This document shows, one piece after another, positions 20,768 to 32,762 of a stretch of 64,000 nt of DNA. The notes below the pieces were generated by a model, which was given only the letters and a program-made list of their open reading frames with translations, ran no database searches and was not told where the DNA came from. The stretch's first letter is position 1. Each line of letters starts with the position of its first letter. Made by a program: the position numbers and the translations under genes. This DNA is from an uncultured Acidobacteriota bacterium (lineage in GTDB: Bacteria > Acidobacteriota > Thermoanaerobaculia > Gp7-AA8), in NCBI GenBank assembly GCA_963822445.1, contig CAWGHO010000002.1:320001-384000 (forward strand), read 5' to 3'.

Positions 20768-21480
20768 AGCCACCCCAGCTCCTTCAGATCGTCGATCGGC
20801 TCTTCGAACGAGCACGACCCGAACGATGTCGCGAACTGCCGCGTCGCGCGTAACTCGGCGACGGTCACGCGCCGATCGCGCCAGCTCGCGCCTTCATCAT
20901 CAAAGCGAAAAGCGTTCGCCTCGGTCTCCCGAAGAATCGCCTCGGCGTCGTCCACCATCGCCGCCGCGAGAAAGACGTTGAGAAATCCGTGCATCGTCCC
21001 GACCGCGGCGTTGGGTTCGTACGTCAACGGACGCACGCATCGCAGCGGATGATGCAACCCGGCCGTGGCCTTGAACGCGACCCCCTCGGCCTTGCAGGCC
21101 CGAATGAACGTGGCCACGGTCAAGGGCGTCGGGAAGGCATCGTTGGTGATTCCGCCGGTACGGATCTTCGCGCGGAAACCGCGGCGCTTCAGCTCCGGCA
21201 GCATGGAGACGTCCGTAATCTCGACGAAAGCGCCCGGCGCCGCGTCCTCGATGTCGGCCCACTTCACTTCGTCGATGCTGAGGATGCTGAGCGGGAACGC
21301 CTTCGGGACTTCCTTCACCCGCTCCTTCTGCACGACGAATTTTCCGAGGGCCCAGGCGTACTCGCCGTCGCGATAGCGGGCGTAGTTGCGCACCGCGTCC
21401 TGCATCGTCAACGCCGCGGGCGGAAACAGGCCGGCGTAATCGATCAGCCCCTCGAGCAGAACGCGCAGCGACTTCGTCAT
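20764..21480 (-). CDS. Hypothetical protein inside the homogentisate operon
   Basis: [53 protein letters not shown]; 4-nt overlaps with hmgA and fahA. Confidence 0.85.
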   Translation of the reverse strand: MTKSLRVLLEGLIDYAGLFPPAALTMQDAVRNYARYRDGEYAWALGKFVVQKERVKEVPKAFPLSILSIDEVKWADIEDAAPGAFVEITDVSMLPELKRRGFRAKIRTGGITNDAFPTPLTVATFIRACKAEGVAFKATAGLHHPLRCVRPLTYEPNAAVGTMHGFLNVFLAAAMVDDAEAILRETEANAFRFDDEGASWRDRRVTVAELRATRQFATSFGSCSFEEPIDDLKELGWL

Positions 21481-22742
21481 TCGGGTTTGAAGTTCTTGCG
21501 AAGGCCCTTCCAGCACTGCCAGTAATCGCGTTGAAGCGCGGGCGTCTCCATCGCGAAACGGGTGGGCCGGATGATGAAGCGGGACTCGAACATGAACGCC
21601 AGCGTGTCGTCGAGGTAGCGCGGCTCGAGCTTCGCCTTCGTCGCCGCGTCGAACGTCGCCGCGTCCGGACCGTGACCGGACATGCAGTTGTGCAGGCTGC
21701 CGCCGCCGGGCGTGAAGCCCTCCGCTTTCGCGTCGTATGCGCCGGAGATCAGCCCCATGTACTCGTTCATCACGTTGCGATGGAAGTACGGCGGGCGGAA
21801 CGTGCCCTCCGCGACCATCCAGCGCGGCGGGAAGATCACGAAGTCGACGTTCGCCGTTCCCGCGATCTCGGACGGAGAGGTGAGCACGGTAAAGATCGAC
21901 GGGTCGGGATGATCGAAGGAGACCGTGTTGATGGCGTTGAACTTTGCGAGGTCGTATTTGTACGGCGCGTAGTTGCCGTGCCACGCCACGACGTCGAGCG
22001 GTGAGTGATCGATGCGCGCGGACCACAGGCGTCCGCCGAACTTCGAGACCAGCTCGAAGTCGCCGTCGAGGTCCTCATACGCGGCGACGGGCGTCAGGAA
22101 GTCGCGCGGATTGGCGAGACCGTTCGAGCCGATCGGTCCGAGGTCGGGGAGGCGGAGGAGGGCGCCGAAGTTTTCGCAGACGTAGCCACGCGCGTCCTCG
22201 CCCAGCAACTCGACGCGGAACTTCGTGCCGCGCGGGATCACCGCGATCTCGCCCGGTTTCAGATCGAGGATGCCGAGCTCCGTCCGCACGATCAGCGAGC
22301 CGCGCTCGGGAACGAGGAGCAGCTCGCCATCGGCATCGTAGAAGTAGCGGCTCTCCATCGAGCGATTCGCGCGATAGACGTGAATGCCGATGCCGTGATT
22401 CGCGAACGAATCGCCGTTGGCGGCGATGGCGGTCAGCGTGTCGACGAAATCGCCGTCCTCGATGGGCAGCGGGTCCCATCGCAACTGGTTCGGCGTGGTC
22501 GGAGCGGCTTCGAGATCCAGGAAACGGCTCGCGAACGGCGCGAAAGGCTCATGCATCGAGCTGGGGCGGATGCGATAGAGCCACGACCGCTTCTGCATCG
22601 CCCGCGGCACGGTGAACGCCGAGCCCGAAAACTGTTCGGCGTACAGGCCGTGCTTCACGCGCTGCGGCGAGTTCCCCCGCTCGGGCAGCGTGCCCGGCAG
22701 CGCTTCTGTGGCGAACTCGTTGCCGAATCCGGATTGATACAT
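21477..22742 (-). CDS. hmgA: Homogentisate 1,2-dioxygenase
   Basis: [63 protein letters not shown]. Confidence 0.97.
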   Translation of the reverse strand: MYQSGFGNEFATEALPGTLPERGNSPQRVKHGLYAEQFSGSAFTVPRAMQKRSWLYRIRPSSMHEPFAPFASRFLDLEAAPTTPNQLRWDPLPIEDGDFVDTLTAIAANGDSFANHGIGIHVYRANRSMESRYFYDADGELLLVPERGSLIVRTELGILDLKPGEIAVIPRGTKFRVELLGEDARGYVCENFGALLRLPDLGPIGSNGLANPRDFLTPVAAYEDLDGDFELVSKFGGRLWSARIDHSPLDVVAWHGNYAPYKYDLAKFNAINTVSFDHPDPSIFTVLTSPSEIAGTANVDFVIFPPRWMVAEGTFRPPYFHRNVMNEYMGLISGAYDAKAEGFTPGGGSLHNCMSGHGPDAATFDAATKAKLEPRYLDDTLAFMFESRFIIRPTRFAMETPALQRDYWQCWKGLRKNFKPE

Positions 22743-23878
22743 CAGAGGTTGCCGCGCAGGGCCTGTTCCCGCTCGATCGACTCGAACAACGCCTTGAAGT
22801 TGCCTTTGCCGAATCCGCGTGCGCCCTTGCGCTGGATGATCTCGAAGAAGACCGTCGGCCGGTCCTGCACGGGCTTGGTGAAGATCTGCAGGAGATAGCC
22901 GTTCTCGTCGCGGTCGACGAGGATGCCCAGCTCGCGAAGCTGTTTGATGTCTTCCTCGATCTCGCCGACGCGGCCCGGGAGCTCTTCGTAGTAGCTGTCG
23001 GGAACGGAAAGGAACTCCACGCCGTTCGCGCGGAGCTTGCCGACTGTCTCGATCACGTCTTTGCAGAGCAGCGCCACGTGCTGCACGCCCGGGCCGGTGT
23101 ACCAGTCGAGATACTCCTCGATCTGGCTCTTCTTCTTTCCGGCGGCCGGCTCGTTGATCGGGAACTTGACGACGTGTGAGTCGTCGCTCATCACGATCGA
23201 CATCAGCGCCGAGTACTCGGTGGAGATGTCTTTGTCGTCGAAGGTGATGTAGCGGGAGAAGCCCATGACCTTGCTGTACCAGTCGGCCCAGCGGTTCATC
23301 GCGCCCAGCTCGACGTTGCCGACGCAATGATCGATCGCGGCGATGCCGGTCGAATCGCCCGCAACTTCCGCCGCGGTGAATCCAGGCAGGAACGCGCCGT
23401 CGTAGTTTTTGTAGGAGATGAAGGAGTGGATGGTGTCGCCGTAGGTCTTGATGGCCGCGCGGCGGATCGCACCGCGATCGTCGCTCTCATCCCGCGGCTC
23501 GAACACCGGCTCCGCTCCCCGCTTCACCGCCTCGGCAAACGCGAAGTCGGCATCTTCGACGAGCAGCGCGATGTCGCGCACGCCGTCGCCGTGCCGCTTG
23601 ATGTGATCGCTCGCAAAGTGATCGCCGGTCAACGGCGTGGAGAGCACCCAGCGCACTTTGTTCTGCGCCAGCACGTACGACGCGAACTGCCGGTTGCCGG
23701 TCTCCAGCCCGCTGTACGCGACCTGCGAGAACCCGAAGGCCTTGCGGTAGAAAAACGAGGCCTGCTTGGCGTTCCCGACCCAGAACTCGACGTGATGAAT
23801 GCGCTTGAGCCTGAGCGGGTTCCCGCCCGAGGCCGCGACCTCGGCGAGGGTGGGTTGGGTGGGGGTGGTGACGGTCAT
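22742..23878 (-). CDS. hppD: 4-hydroxyphenylpyruvate dioxygenase
   Basis: [57 protein letters not shown]. Confidence 0.97.
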   Translation of the reverse strand: MTVTTPTQPTLAEVAASGGNPLRLKRIHHVEFWVGNAKQASFFYRKAFGFSQVAYSGLETGNRQFASYVLAQNKVRWVLSTPLTGDHFASDHIKRHGDGVRDIALLVEDADFAFAEAVKRGAEPVFEPRDESDDRGAIRRAAIKTYGDTIHSFISYKNYDGAFLPGFTAAEVAGDSTGIAAIDHCVGNVELGAMNRWADWYSKVMGFSRYITFDDKDISTEYSALMSIVMSDDSHVVKFPINEPAAGKKKSQIEEYLDWYTGPGVQHVALLCKDVIETVGKLRANGVEFLSVPDSYYEELPGRVGEIEEDIKQLRELGILVDRDENGYLLQIFTKPVQDRPTVFFEIIQRKGARGFGKGNFKALFESIEREQALRGNL

Positions 23879-24016
23879 GGGGGTTTGTTTATCACAGGTT
23901 GCACCGTGGTTTCGCCACAACACTGCAGTTATACTTCCGGCCATCCCGCAGAACTCACGGTCCTCCTCGCCGCACGTGCGCCGGGCCGGGCTTCTGCCTA
24001 TCCAATGGAGGCCCCC

Positions 24017-27000
24017 GTGACGAACGTTCCGGCCGTACCGCAGGCAAACCGCCATGCCCTGATCGAAGCGCTGACCACCGTCGAGGGGAAGGTCGCCGCG
24101 GCCGTCGTGACACTGAGTGCGCTTGTCGCGATCGTCGAGAAAATCACAGGCTGGTTCGCCCAGCTGAGCAAGCTGCCTCAGCCCTGGCCGTGGTTGATTC
24201 TCGCGATTCTTTCCGCGTTGGGGATCATTCAATACGCGCGAATCGTCTACCGGCGCCGGCGAGCGCCTACGGCCACCGTGACCACGGCCTTCATCGGCGC
24301 GGAGCCGTTCCGCCAGCAGGACAAAAGCCGGTTTTTCGGTCGAAAAGCCGAGATCACCGACATCACCCGGAAGCTTACCGATCCCGATGTCCGGTTCTAC
24401 ATCCTCTACGGCCAGTCGGGTTGCGGCAAGACGTCCCTGGTGAGGGCCGGCCTGATCCCCGAGCTGGAAAGCGAAGCGAACGGCATGCGCTGCCTGTACG
24501 TCCGTTTCTATGACAAGCCCGAGGAGTCGTTGCTCACGGCGTTCCGCCTCGAGGGCTCCGAAGACACCGAGACAGGCGCGAAGGAAGCAGGCCGCCCCGA
24601 GCTGCTCGCGCAGTTGCGCCTTCTGCTGGCCGCGGACAAACGGCCGACGATCATTTTCATCGACCAGTTCGAAGAGTTTTTCACGGCGAACGTCGATCCG
24701 TCGGAACGAGAGCGGGTCCTCTGGTTCCTGGCCGAATGCATCAACAGCTCGGATCGCTATCTGCCTCGCATCGTGTTTTCCCTGCGCCGCGACTTCTTCG
24801 ATTGCATGACCCAACTGGAGTCGCATGTCGCCGATGTATTCCGGCAACCGAACCGGCGACGCATCGATCCCTTCAACGCAGCGCTCGCGCGCTACGTCAT
24901 CGAAGAATCACTCAAGCACGACGGCGTACAGTGGACAGAGGATCTGATCGCGAAGGTGATCGACGATCTTCAGATCGTGATCAGCGATGGTTCGGGAGGA
25001 CAGCACGAGCCGATCGTGCTTCCGGCCGAGCTGCAGATCGTCTGTCAGATGGTGCAACGCCGCAGTCTTGGCGATGTCCGCAAGTACCCCGGCAAGCAAC
25101 GCCTCCTGAGCGATTACGTCAGTGACGCGATCGAGACCAGCCCGAACCGGGACACAGCACGCCGTGTCTTGGCGTGCCTCATCCACCAGAACGGTATCAC
25201 CCGCTCGCATCCGAAAACGGCCGCCGAAGTTGCGCAGGCGATCACCAACGGCGAGGTGGCGCTGGTGGGCCGGCATCTTCACTACCTCGACAAAACATGC
25301 CGGTTGCTCAATGAAGTGCGGCGGGTAGAGACGGACGGCACAAGCGTCAGCGCTTATGAGCTCGCGCACGAATACCTGGTAGGCATCATCAACCAGCTCA
25401 CAGGCACGGTCATCGACGAGACGCGCCGCGCGAACATCCTGCTGCAGGAGTACCGGAACCGCAGCGTCGCGTTGGACCGGTCCCTCCGCATTCCCATCCG
25501 CGATGCGCGGCTAATCGAGAAACACACCAGTCAGCCTCTCACTGCCGATGACAGACGACTACTGCGCAGAAGCTACTATGCGTTCTCCGCAAGCGTCGTC
25601 GGATTCATCCTCCTACCGCTTGCCACCATCGTCACCTTCCGCCAAGGCACACTGCATCTGGCTAAACATCACCGCGATCGCGCCGCGTATGTGACGCTAA
25701 AGGTCGGTCTTCCATCGCTCGCGCCTCTTCTTGGCAGCGGGACGATCATGCTCGACACCGGTCTGGATCGATCCGAGTTCGATGAAACGCTCCATCCCGA
25801 GATCGATTCGAATCTGTGGCTGTGGGGACCAGTCGACTCGAAGAGGTGGGACGAACGTCTACGAAAGTCTCATGTGGCCTATCTCGCCAAGGAACTGGCA
25901 GATCTCAGTCAGGAAGACTACGTGGACGACAATGCGAGCCCGATGACCGTGCCGGAAACGCTGTTGGCCCTAGGCGCTCACCACGACGCCGTAAAGGCAG
26001 ATTTATTCAAGCGTCTGAAACACGATCCTGATTTCACGGGAATGTCGTTCCGGCAGGTCATCGATCGGCTGATCAACGATCTGAAGGTCGACCGAGCCAC
26101 GGTCGTCGCGGAAATGAAACGCAATCTCGTGGATCCGGACGTCGGGGACGCTTTAGTCGGGGAGCTGATTCGTCTCGGTGAAGTGGACAAGGCCACGCTG
26201 GAGGCGGTCGATCGGTTCGGGCTCGAATCAGCACCTATCGCGACCGGCAGCGATGAAGTCGGCGTCCCCGCGCGGCTCGCACGGGTATCGCTGATCAAGC
26301 AGCGCTGGCACTTCCCTGTGCTGAAAGAGCATCTCGCCAAACAGCCTTATCCGGAATGGTTGCTGCCGATGCTTCGCAAATCCGTTGCGTCCCGCATCAC
26401 GACCACGGCCGCCGCCGCCATGGACATGTTGAGCGCGATCCCGAGCGAACGAGAGGAGCTCACGAAAACGTTGCGGGCAATCGTCGCGGCGGACCAGGCG
26501 TTTCCGCGCTCCACGTACATCCCGGGCCCTTCCGTCTCACTGATTGCCGCTGATCGGCTTCTTCGGTTATCCCCGTCCGACGAGAAGGCGATCCTCTTCA
26601 CCCTGCGAGCACTCGAATCATCGGTCGACGCGCTGATGGTCACGGAGATGATCAGCGAACGGCAGGTTCTCGACGAACGCGTCGTGAACAAGCTGCTGGA
26701 ACAGGTCTCACAGCTCCCGAGTGCGGACGTCCGAATGTACACGCTAGTGTCACTCGGGAATCGTGATGAGAAGGTGATGGGCGCGCTGCGGCGCGAACTG
26801 GCTTCCAAGGACTCCGACGTGGCTTTGACGGTGGCGTCCCGTCTGATCAGCCTCGGCATCGAGAAAGATGCCGTGCATGAGCGTTTGATGATCATCGCTC
26901 GGGACAAAAATATGGGCCAGGCCATGGTCGCCGCACGACTGCTCTGGAAAATCGGGTTGCCGCGCGAGACCGCGAAAGAAATATTGATGAAAGGCGTACG

Positions 27001-27535
27001 AGACGGACGCCAGGGCTCGCTGAGGTTCGCAACGGAAACGTTGATCGAGATGGACGTTGACCGGAACGAGCTCATCGCGGCCGTGCGTGCTCGTTTGAGC
27101 GGAAAAGGGGCGGACCCCGCATCGGCCGCGGCGATGCTCGCGAAGCTCGATGCCCGCGATACGGCCAGCATCGAGGCCCTTCGAACGGCTATCGACGACG
27201 ACGACGATGAAGTGCCGCGGTCCGTCTCCACTGCATTCGCCAAGCTGGCTCTCGTTTTACCGAAAGAAGGTTTCGAGTCCGCGTGCGCCCGGCTGACCGC
27301 GGAGCTCAGGTCGAAGAGCGCTGTGCGCTCCGCCGCTTATCGGCGAAGTGTGGAGGTGGCTCTGGCGGAGACTGCGGCGACTCAGCGCAGGGCCGGCGGC
27401 GACTCCTCGATCGACCCACTCCTGAAGCGCCTCGAGGAAATCCGCAAGACCGGACTCCTTCACGAACAGCTGGCAGCATCCCGCGTTGCGTACGCGATCC
27501 GCGACGCACGCTATGATCGAATTTCGGAGCTCTAA
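24017..27535 (+). CDS. nSTAND1-type P-loop NTPase with N-terminal TM helices and C-terminal HEAT-like helical repeats
   Basis: [11 protein letters not shown], Walker [10 protein letters not shown], Walker [19 protein letters not shown]; GGAGG before GTG 24017 (alternative ATG 24005). Confidence 0.8.
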   Translation: MTNVPAVPQANRHALIEALTTVEGKVAAAVVTLSALVAIVEKITGWFAQLSKLPQPWPWLILAILSALGIIQYARIVYRRRRAPTATVTTAFIGAEPFRQQDKSRFFGRKAEITDITRKLTDPDVRFYILYGQSGCGKTSLVRAGLIPELESEANGMRCLYVRFYDKPEESLLTAFRLEGSEDTETGAKEAGRPELLAQLRLLLAADKRPTIIFIDQFEEFFTANVDPSERERVLWFLAECINSSDRYLPRIVFSLRRDFFDCMTQLESHVADVFRQPNRRRIDPFNAALARYVIEESLKHDGVQWTEDLIAKVIDDLQIVISDGSGGQHEPIVLPAELQIVCQMVQRRSLGDVRKYPGKQRLLSDYVSDAIETSPNRDTARRVLACLIHQNGITRSHPKTAAEVAQAITNGEVALVGRHLHYLDKTCRLLNEVRRVETDGTSVSAYELAHEYLVGIINQLTGTVIDETRRANILLQEYRNRSVALDRSLRIPIRDARLIEKHTSQPLTADDRRLLRRSYYAFSASVVGFILLPLATIVTFRQGTLHLAKHHRDRAAYVTLKVGLPSLAPLLGSGTIMLDTGLDRSEFDETLHPEIDSNLWLWGPVDSKRWDERLRKSHVAYLAKELADLSQEDYVDDNASPMTVPETLLALGAHHDAVKADLFKRLKHDPDFTGMSFRQVIDRLINDLKVDRATVVAEMKRNLVDPDVGDALVGELIRLGEVDKATLEAVDRFGLESAPIATGSDEVGVPARLARVSLIKQRWHFPVLKEHLAKQPYPEWLLPMLRKSVASRITTTAAAAMDMLSAIPSEREELTKTLRAIVAADQAFPRSTYIPGPSVSLIAADRLLRLSPSDEKAILFTLRALESSVDALMVTEMISERQVLDERVVNKLLEQVSQLPSADVRMYTLVSLGNRDEKVMGALRRELASKDSDVALTVASRLISLGIEKDAVHERLMIIARDKNMGQAMVAARLLWKIGLPRETAKEILMKGVRDGRQGSLRFATETLIEMDVDRNELIAAVRARLSGKGADPASAAAMLAKLDARDTASIEALRTAIDDDDDEVPRSVSTAFAKLALVLPKEGFESACARLTAELRSKSAVRSAAYRRSVEVALAETAATQRRAGGDSSIDPLLKRLEEIRKTGLLHEQLAASRVAYAIRDARYDRISEL

Positions 27536-27559
27536 TCCCCGTTACCCCACCCGACTCTC

Positions 27560-28984
27560 ATGCTCGACAAGTTCCATGAAGAATGCGGTGTCTTCGGCGT
27601 CCTCGGCCGGCCGGACGCGGCGAACCTCGTCTATCTGGGGCTGTACGCGCTGCAGCATCGCGGGCAGGAGAGCGCGGGCATTGCCGCGGTCGCGGATGAC
27701 GGGCGGATCCTTTCCGAGAAGGACATGGGTTACGTCGCGGACATCTTCACGCAGGAGCGGCTCGGGAAGCTGCCCGGGGACACGGCCATCGGGCACGTGC
27801 GTTACTCCACGGCCGGCGGGTCGATGCTCTGCAACGCCCAGCCGATCGTCGCCTTCACCAGCAAGGGTTCCATCGCCGTCGCGCACAACGGGAACCTCAC
27901 CAACGGCGAAGCGCTGCGGCAGCAACTCGAAGCCGAAGGGGCGATTTTCAACTCGACCGCCGACAGCGAGCTCTTCGTCCATCTGATCGCTCGCAGCCGC
28001 GCCAGCGATCTCGAGGGCGCGTTCGTCGAGGCGCTGAGCAAGGTCCAGGGCGCGTACGCCGTGGCCCTGCTTGCGCCGGGACAGATCTTCGCCGCGCGCG
28101 ATCCCATGGGCTTCCGCCCGCTCGTTCTGGGCAAGCTCGAAGACTCGTACGCCATCTCCTCCGAAACCTGTGCGTTCGATCTCATCGGCGCGGAAACGAT
28201 TCGCGAGATCGGCGCAGGCGAAGTGATCGCCATCGACAGAACCTGCGGCGTTCGCGTGGTCAGAGAAGCTCGCGCGTCCCGCGAGGCGCGGTGCATCTTC
28301 GAGCACGTCTACTTCGCGCGTCCCGACTCGGTCGTCTTCGGCAACAGCGTCGCCGAGACCCGGCAGCGCTTCGGCGCGCAACTGGCCCGCGAGCATCCGG
28401 CCGTCGCGGACGTGGTCGTGCCCGTGCCCGACTCCGGCGTCTTCGCGGCGCTCGGCTACGCGCAGGAAGCAGGCATTCCCTTCCAGTACGGCCTGGTCCG
28501 CAATCACTACGTCGGCCGCACGTTCATCGAGCCGAAGCAGACCATCCGCAGCTTCGGCGTGAAGGTGAAGCTCAACCCCGTCCGCGAGCTCGTGGCCGGC
28601 AAGCGGGTGATTCTCATCGACGACTCGATCGTCCGCGGCACGACCTCCAAGAAAATCGTGCGCATGCTGAAGGATGCCGGCGCGGCGGAAGTGCACATGC
28701 GGATCTCCTCGCCACCGACGTCCTGGCCCTGCTACTACGGCATCGACACGCCGGAGCGGCAGGACCTGATCGCCAGCTCGCAATCGAACGACGAGATCCG
28801 CGCGTTCATCGAAGCGGACTCCCTCGGATATCTCTCCGAGGAAGGGTTGCTCGAGGCTGTCCGCAAGGATGGCGACGATCCGCGCTCGCTCTACTGCACC
28901 GCGTGCTTCAGCGGGAACTACCTGGCGGAATCCGATCCTCGTCGCGCACCCCGCGAAGTCCCGGTCGCGGCGGCGAAGGCCTGA
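27560..28984 (+). CDS. purF: Amidophosphoribosyltransferase
   Basis: EECGVFG, LQHRGQESAG, GHVRYSTAG, AHNGNL, DDSIVRGTT, YYGIDTP. Confidence 0.98.
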   Translation: MLDKFHEECGVFGVLGRPDAANLVYLGLYALQHRGQESAGIAAVADDGRILSEKDMGYVADIFTQERLGKLPGDTAIGHVRYSTAGGSMLCNAQPIVAFTSKGSIAVAHNGNLTNGEALRQQLEAEGAIFNSTADSELFVHLIARSRASDLEGAFVEALSKVQGAYAVALLAPGQIFAARDPMGFRPLVLGKLEDSYAISSETCAFDLIGAETIREIGAGEVIAIDRTCGVRVVREARASREARCIFEHVYFARPDSVVFGNSVAETRQRFGAQLAREHPAVADVVVPVPDSGVFAALGYAQEAGIPFQYGLVRNHYVGRTFIEPKQTIRSFGVKVKLNPVRELVAGKRVILIDDSIVRGTTSKKIVRMLKDAGAAEVHMRISSPPTSWPCYYGIDTPERQDLIASSQSNDEIRAFIEADSLGYLSEEGLLEAVRKDGDDPRSLYCTACFSGNYLAESDPRRAPREVPVAAAKA

Positions 28985-29561
28985 CCTCGGGCGTCGCGTC
29001 GATGGCTCGCGGCACGTCCTTCACTTCGGCGATGAGCTCGTCGAACAGCGACCGGTAGTGCAGCATCGCTTGGCGCAGATCCTCGGTCGAGCTGCTTCCG
29101 GGCGCGCCGCCGATCACGCGATGGCCGGCGCGGTAATGCTCGATCACGCGCGGATGTGTGACGGAGAGTTGCGCGGCGTGTTTCTCGAAGTCACCCATCG
29201 GATAGCCGCGGACGCGCATCATGTCCGCGACGAGCTCGTCGGCTTCGACCACGGCGGTCGTGGGACGCTCGATGAAGCGCTGTTCGATCAACGACCAGTC
29301 GCCGCGGAAACGGTCGCGCTCGGCGACGGTGAACGGGCGGATGTTGTACTTGTTCACTTCGTCGACGCGAGCCAGCAACTCCTGCTCAGCATGCTTGCGC
29401 TTGCCGGTTTCCTGCACGACGTGGTCGTACTCCGCGCCGAACTTGTCGCGTAACTGTTCCGTCCGGGCCCGGCGCGAACCGCGAGCGATGAGGCCGGCTA
29501 CGACGATCAGCGCCAGCGCGCCGACGGCAATCCATATCCAGAGTGGGTCTATTGCGGGCAT
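28908..29561 (-). CDS. Hypothetical protein with N-terminal TM anchor
   Basis: GGAGG SD; TM then LRDKFGAEYDH..W..I..RF.ERP..GYP..TEDLRQAMLHYRSLFDEL. Confidence 0.75.
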   Translation of the reverse strand: MPAIDPLWIWIAVGALALIVVAGLIARGSRRARTEQLRDKFGAEYDHVVQETGKRKHAEQELLARVDEVNKYNIRPFTVAERDRFRGDWSLIEQRFIERPTTAVVEADELVADMMRVRGYPMGDFEKHAAQLSVTHPRVIEHYRAGHRVIGGAPGSSSTEDLRQAMLHYRSLFDELIAEVKDVPRAIDATPEVRPSPPRPGLRGVRDEDRIPPGSSR

Positions 29562-29586
29562 GAGTACACCTCCGAGGAAGTGAAGG

Positions 29587-29601
29587 GCAAGAAGAGGGCC
29601 C
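29587..29601 (-). promoter_or_regulatory. Possible sigma-54 -24/-12 element
   Basis: Minus strand GGGCCCTCTTCTTGC (GG-N10-GC with TTGC) upstream of the SD of 28908-29561. Confidence 0.35.
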
Positions 29602-29612
29602 GGAAGTACGTC

Positions 29613-32600
29613 CTACGCGCTGAACCGCGGCTCGCGGCGCACGAGCAACCTCTGTTCGAGGAGCGTCCGCGACAGATCGTCGGGAGTCGTGGGCCGGCCA
29701 AAGTAGTACCCCTGACCCTCGTCGCAATTTTTGCCGCGCAGGAAAGCGAACTGTTCCGCGGTCTCCACGCCCTCCGCGATCACCCGAAGGCGGAGGCTGC
29801 GGGCCATGCCGATGACGGCGGAAACGATCGCGGCGTCTCCCTCATCCGTGACGAGATCGTGCACGAACGCGCGATCGATCTTCACCGCGGTGAGCGGGAA
29901 ACGCTTCAGGTAGTTCAGCGACGAATAGCCCATGCCGAAGTCGTCGATGGAGATGCCGACGCCGATGTCGCGCAACGCGCGCAGGACGTCGACGGTCACT
30001 TCCGCGTTCTGCATCGCCGTGGTCTCGGTGATCTCCAGCTCCAGGTACGACGGATCGAGCTCCACTTCCGCGAGCGCGTTGCGAACCATCTCCACGAGGT
30101 CCTGCTGCGCGAACTGCCGCGCGGACAGGTTCACGGCGATGCGGATCGGACCCGCGCCGCGGTCATGCCAGGCCTTGGTCTGTTTGCACGCGGTGCGCAG
30201 GACCCATTCGCCGAGGGGGACGATGAGACGCGACTCCTCGGCGATGGGGATGAACGACGCCGGCATGACCATGCCCCGTTCCGGATCGTTCCAGCGCACC
30301 AGCGCTTCGACGCCGATCGTCCGTCCGGTCACGAGATTGATCTGCGGCTGATACGCGAGGATGAGCTGATCGTCGCGGATGGCCGTTCGCAGACGCGCCT
30401 CGAGCGACAGTCGCTCCATGGCCCGCTGCTTCATCTCGCCCGTGCAGAGCTGGTACGTGTTCCGCCCCGATTCCTTGGCGCGGTACATCGCGCTGTCGGC
30501 GTTGCGAAGCAGTGACTCCGGATCCGTTCCGTCGACGGGATAAAGCGAGATGCCGATGCTCGCCGTGACGACGATGGGCATGTTGCCGATGGTGATCGGC
30601 ACCTGCACCCGTTCGAGAATTTTCTGGGCGACGTCCACCGCGTCTTCGGGCTGGCGCAGCTCGGCGAGGATGACCGTGAACTCGTCTCCTCCGAGCCGCG
30701 CGACGGTGTCGTCTTCGCGCACGCAATCGCGCAGGCGGCGGGCCATCTCCAGGAGCAGCTCGTCGCCGGCGGTGTGGCCGAGGGTGTCGTTGATGGTCTT
30801 GAAGTGATCGATGTCGATGAACATCACCGCCACCGAACGGCCGGTGCGTTTCGAGCGGGTCATGCTGTGCCGCAGGCGATCGGTGAAGAGCTTGCGGTTC
30901 GGCAGATGGGTGAGCACGTCGTGATACGCGTGGAACTCGATCTGTTCTTCGGCGCGTTTCCGGTCGCTGATGTCGACGACCGTCGCGTGGACGATGCCGG
31001 AGTCGACCTGCACGAGGTTCTGCAGCACCCAGATCGGCATGCCGTCGGCGCGGCGCAACTCCACTTCGACGCTGTTCAGCGTTCCCGCGCTGTCGAGAAG
31101 CACACCCAACTCGTCCGACTCCTCGGAACGCGCGTAAAGGCGCCTGAGAGGCGTGCCGGCGAGCTCTCCCCGCTTGAAGCCGAGCATCGTCGCGAACGTG
31201 GCGTTGCAGTCGACGATGTATCCGCTGGGACCGCTCACGCAGACGCCGGCAGCGTTCTGCTCGAACAGCAGCCTGTATCGCGCTTCCGAATCGCGTAACG
31301 CGGCCTCCGCTGCAAAACGAGCCGTGACATCGCGGAAGCTCCAGACCCGGATGGTGAACTCGTCCTCGATCGTGCGGCCGATGGAGTAACGCTCGAAACG
31401 CCGGCCGTCGGCGAGCTCGAGCAGATCGAAGCTCTCCGCCTCGGGACGCGAACGCAGCTCGACGAAGGTCTGCTCGAAGTCGGCCGGAATCGAAACCTGC
31501 TCGAAGAGCCGCTTCAGCGTGCGGAGATCGTCGCGGCTCTCGACGATGTCCTGCGGGATGCGCCACATGTCGAGAAAGCGCTGGTTGTAAGAGACGATGC
31601 GGCCGCCTTCGCCGATCACGAGGATGCCGTCGGCGGTCGAGTCGAGCGTCGACTGCAGCAGCGTCACGGCCTGCAGGACTTCACGCTCGGCGCGTTTGCG
31701 GTCGCGGATGTCGCGGCCGATGATCACCGCGCCTGCCGACTGTCCGTCGTGGATGACCGGTGCAATGGAAAGAGTGAGATCGACGCGCTCACCGATCTTC
31801 GTCGCGAACACGTATTCATCGTTGCGCAACGAGCGCCGTTGCAGCTTCGACGAAAGGTCGCCGGTCTGCGCGAGGAGCTCGTCGATCCGCTTGCCGGCCA
31901 GTTCGCTCTCGCTGTAGCCGAGCAAGGTGGCGGCGGCGCGATTGGCGAACTCGATGCGGCCGTCGCGTCCGCACACGAACAGCGCGTCGGCCATCGTCCC
32001 GATGATCTCCGGCGCCGCGAGCCCCGGCGTGATGGCGACGAGGTCGTACCTGCGCACCGCGTGCGCGACCACGAACACGAATCCGAGAATCGGCAGATAG
32101 CCGAATGGATAGGCCTCGATGCCGTACTTCGGCAGATAGTCGACGCAGCCGAGGTAGGCGATGCCGAAGGCGACGATCAGCAGACGGATGCGCTTGCGCT
32201 CGTCCCCCTGTGCCTTCGGAAAGGCGCGGACGAATTCAGCGAGGGAGAGAATCAGAAATCCGAAGAAGAACGTCAGGAAGGCGATGCCCGTGGAGACGCG
32301 GTAGCGCGGGTAGAAGCCCCACCAGTACTCCTGCACGTTCGGGATGAGGCGGTCGGTGGCGACGGCGAGCGCGCTGAAGACGCCGGCGAGGATCCAGGCG
32401 CCGACGAGGACGAAGCGGCGGCGGCGCTCGATGCGCAGGAACTCGATGGTGAACCAGTAGATCGCCGGCGCGATGAACGGAACGCCGAGGTATGCGAGAC
32501 GCGAGCAGAACAGGGCGATGCCGGGATCGCGCGTCGAATAGAGCGCAGTGAACGCGGCCATCCAGATGGCCACGACCAGGGTCATGGTGAAAAACGCCGC

Positions 32601-32723
32601 GCTGATGCTGGAAAACCGGCGCGCGAGGAGACGGCCGCCGAACGCGAGGATCAGCACTCCCGTGGCTGCAACAGGCAATGCATACGGCGACAAGGCGAAA
32701 GCGCCTGACGCGAACGCAGACAT
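29613..32723 (-). CDS. Membrane (HisKA_7TM-like) PAS-PAS-PAS-GGDEF-EAL diguanylate cyclase/phosphodiesterase
   Basis: Multi-TM N-terminus, PAS repeats, ARLGGDEF, VEALVRW, DDFGMGYSS. Confidence 0.93.
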   Translation of the reverse strand: MSAFASGAFALSPYALPVAATGVLILAFGGRLLARRFSSISAAFFTMTLVVAIWMAAFTALYSTRDPGIALFCSRLAYLGVPFIAPAIYWFTIEFLRIERRRRFVLVGAWILAGVFSALAVATDRLIPNVQEYWWGFYPRYRVSTGIAFLTFFFGFLILSLAEFVRAFPKAQGDERKRIRLLIVAFGIAYLGCVDYLPKYGIEAYPFGYLPILGFVFVVAHAVRRYDLVAITPGLAAPEIIGTMADALFVCGRDGRIEFANRAAATLLGYSESELAGKRIDELLAQTGDLSSKLQRRSLRNDEYVFATKIGERVDLTLSIAPVIHDGQSAGAVIIGRDIRDRKRAEREVLQAVTLLQSTLDSTADGILVIGEGGRIVSYNQRFLDMWRIPQDIVESRDDLRTLKRLFEQVSIPADFEQTFVELRSRPEAESFDLLELADGRRFERYSIGRTIEDEFTIRVWSFRDVTARFAAEAALRDSEARYRLLFEQNAAGVCVSGPSGYIVDCNATFATMLGFKRGELAGTPLRRLYARSEESDELGVLLDSAGTLNSVEVELRRADGMPIWVLQNLVQVDSGIVHATVVDISDRKRAEEQIEFHAYHDVLTHLPNRKLFTDRLRHSMTRSKRTGRSVAVMFIDIDHFKTINDTLGHTAGDELLLEMARRLRDCVREDDTVARLGGDEFTVILAELRQPEDAVDVAQKILERVQVPITIGNMPIVVTASIGISLYPVDGTDPESLLRNADSAMYRAKESGRNTYQLCTGEMKQRAMERLSLEARLRTAIRDDQLILAYQPQINLVTGRTIGVEALVRWNDPERGMVMPASFIPIAEESRLIVPLGEWVLRTACKQTKAWHDRGAGPIRIAVNLSARQFAQQDLVEMVRNALAEVELDPSYLELEITETTAMQNAEVTVDVLRALRDIGVGISIDDFGMGYSSLNYLKRFPLTAVKIDRAFVHDLVTDEGDAAIVSAVIGMARSLRLRVIAEGVETAEQFAFLRGKNCDEGQGYYFGRPTTPDDLSRTLLEQRLLVRREPRFSA

Positions 32724-32762
32724 GAGTCTCCTAGCTGTACTTCGAGAGAGCGAACCCGCTCG

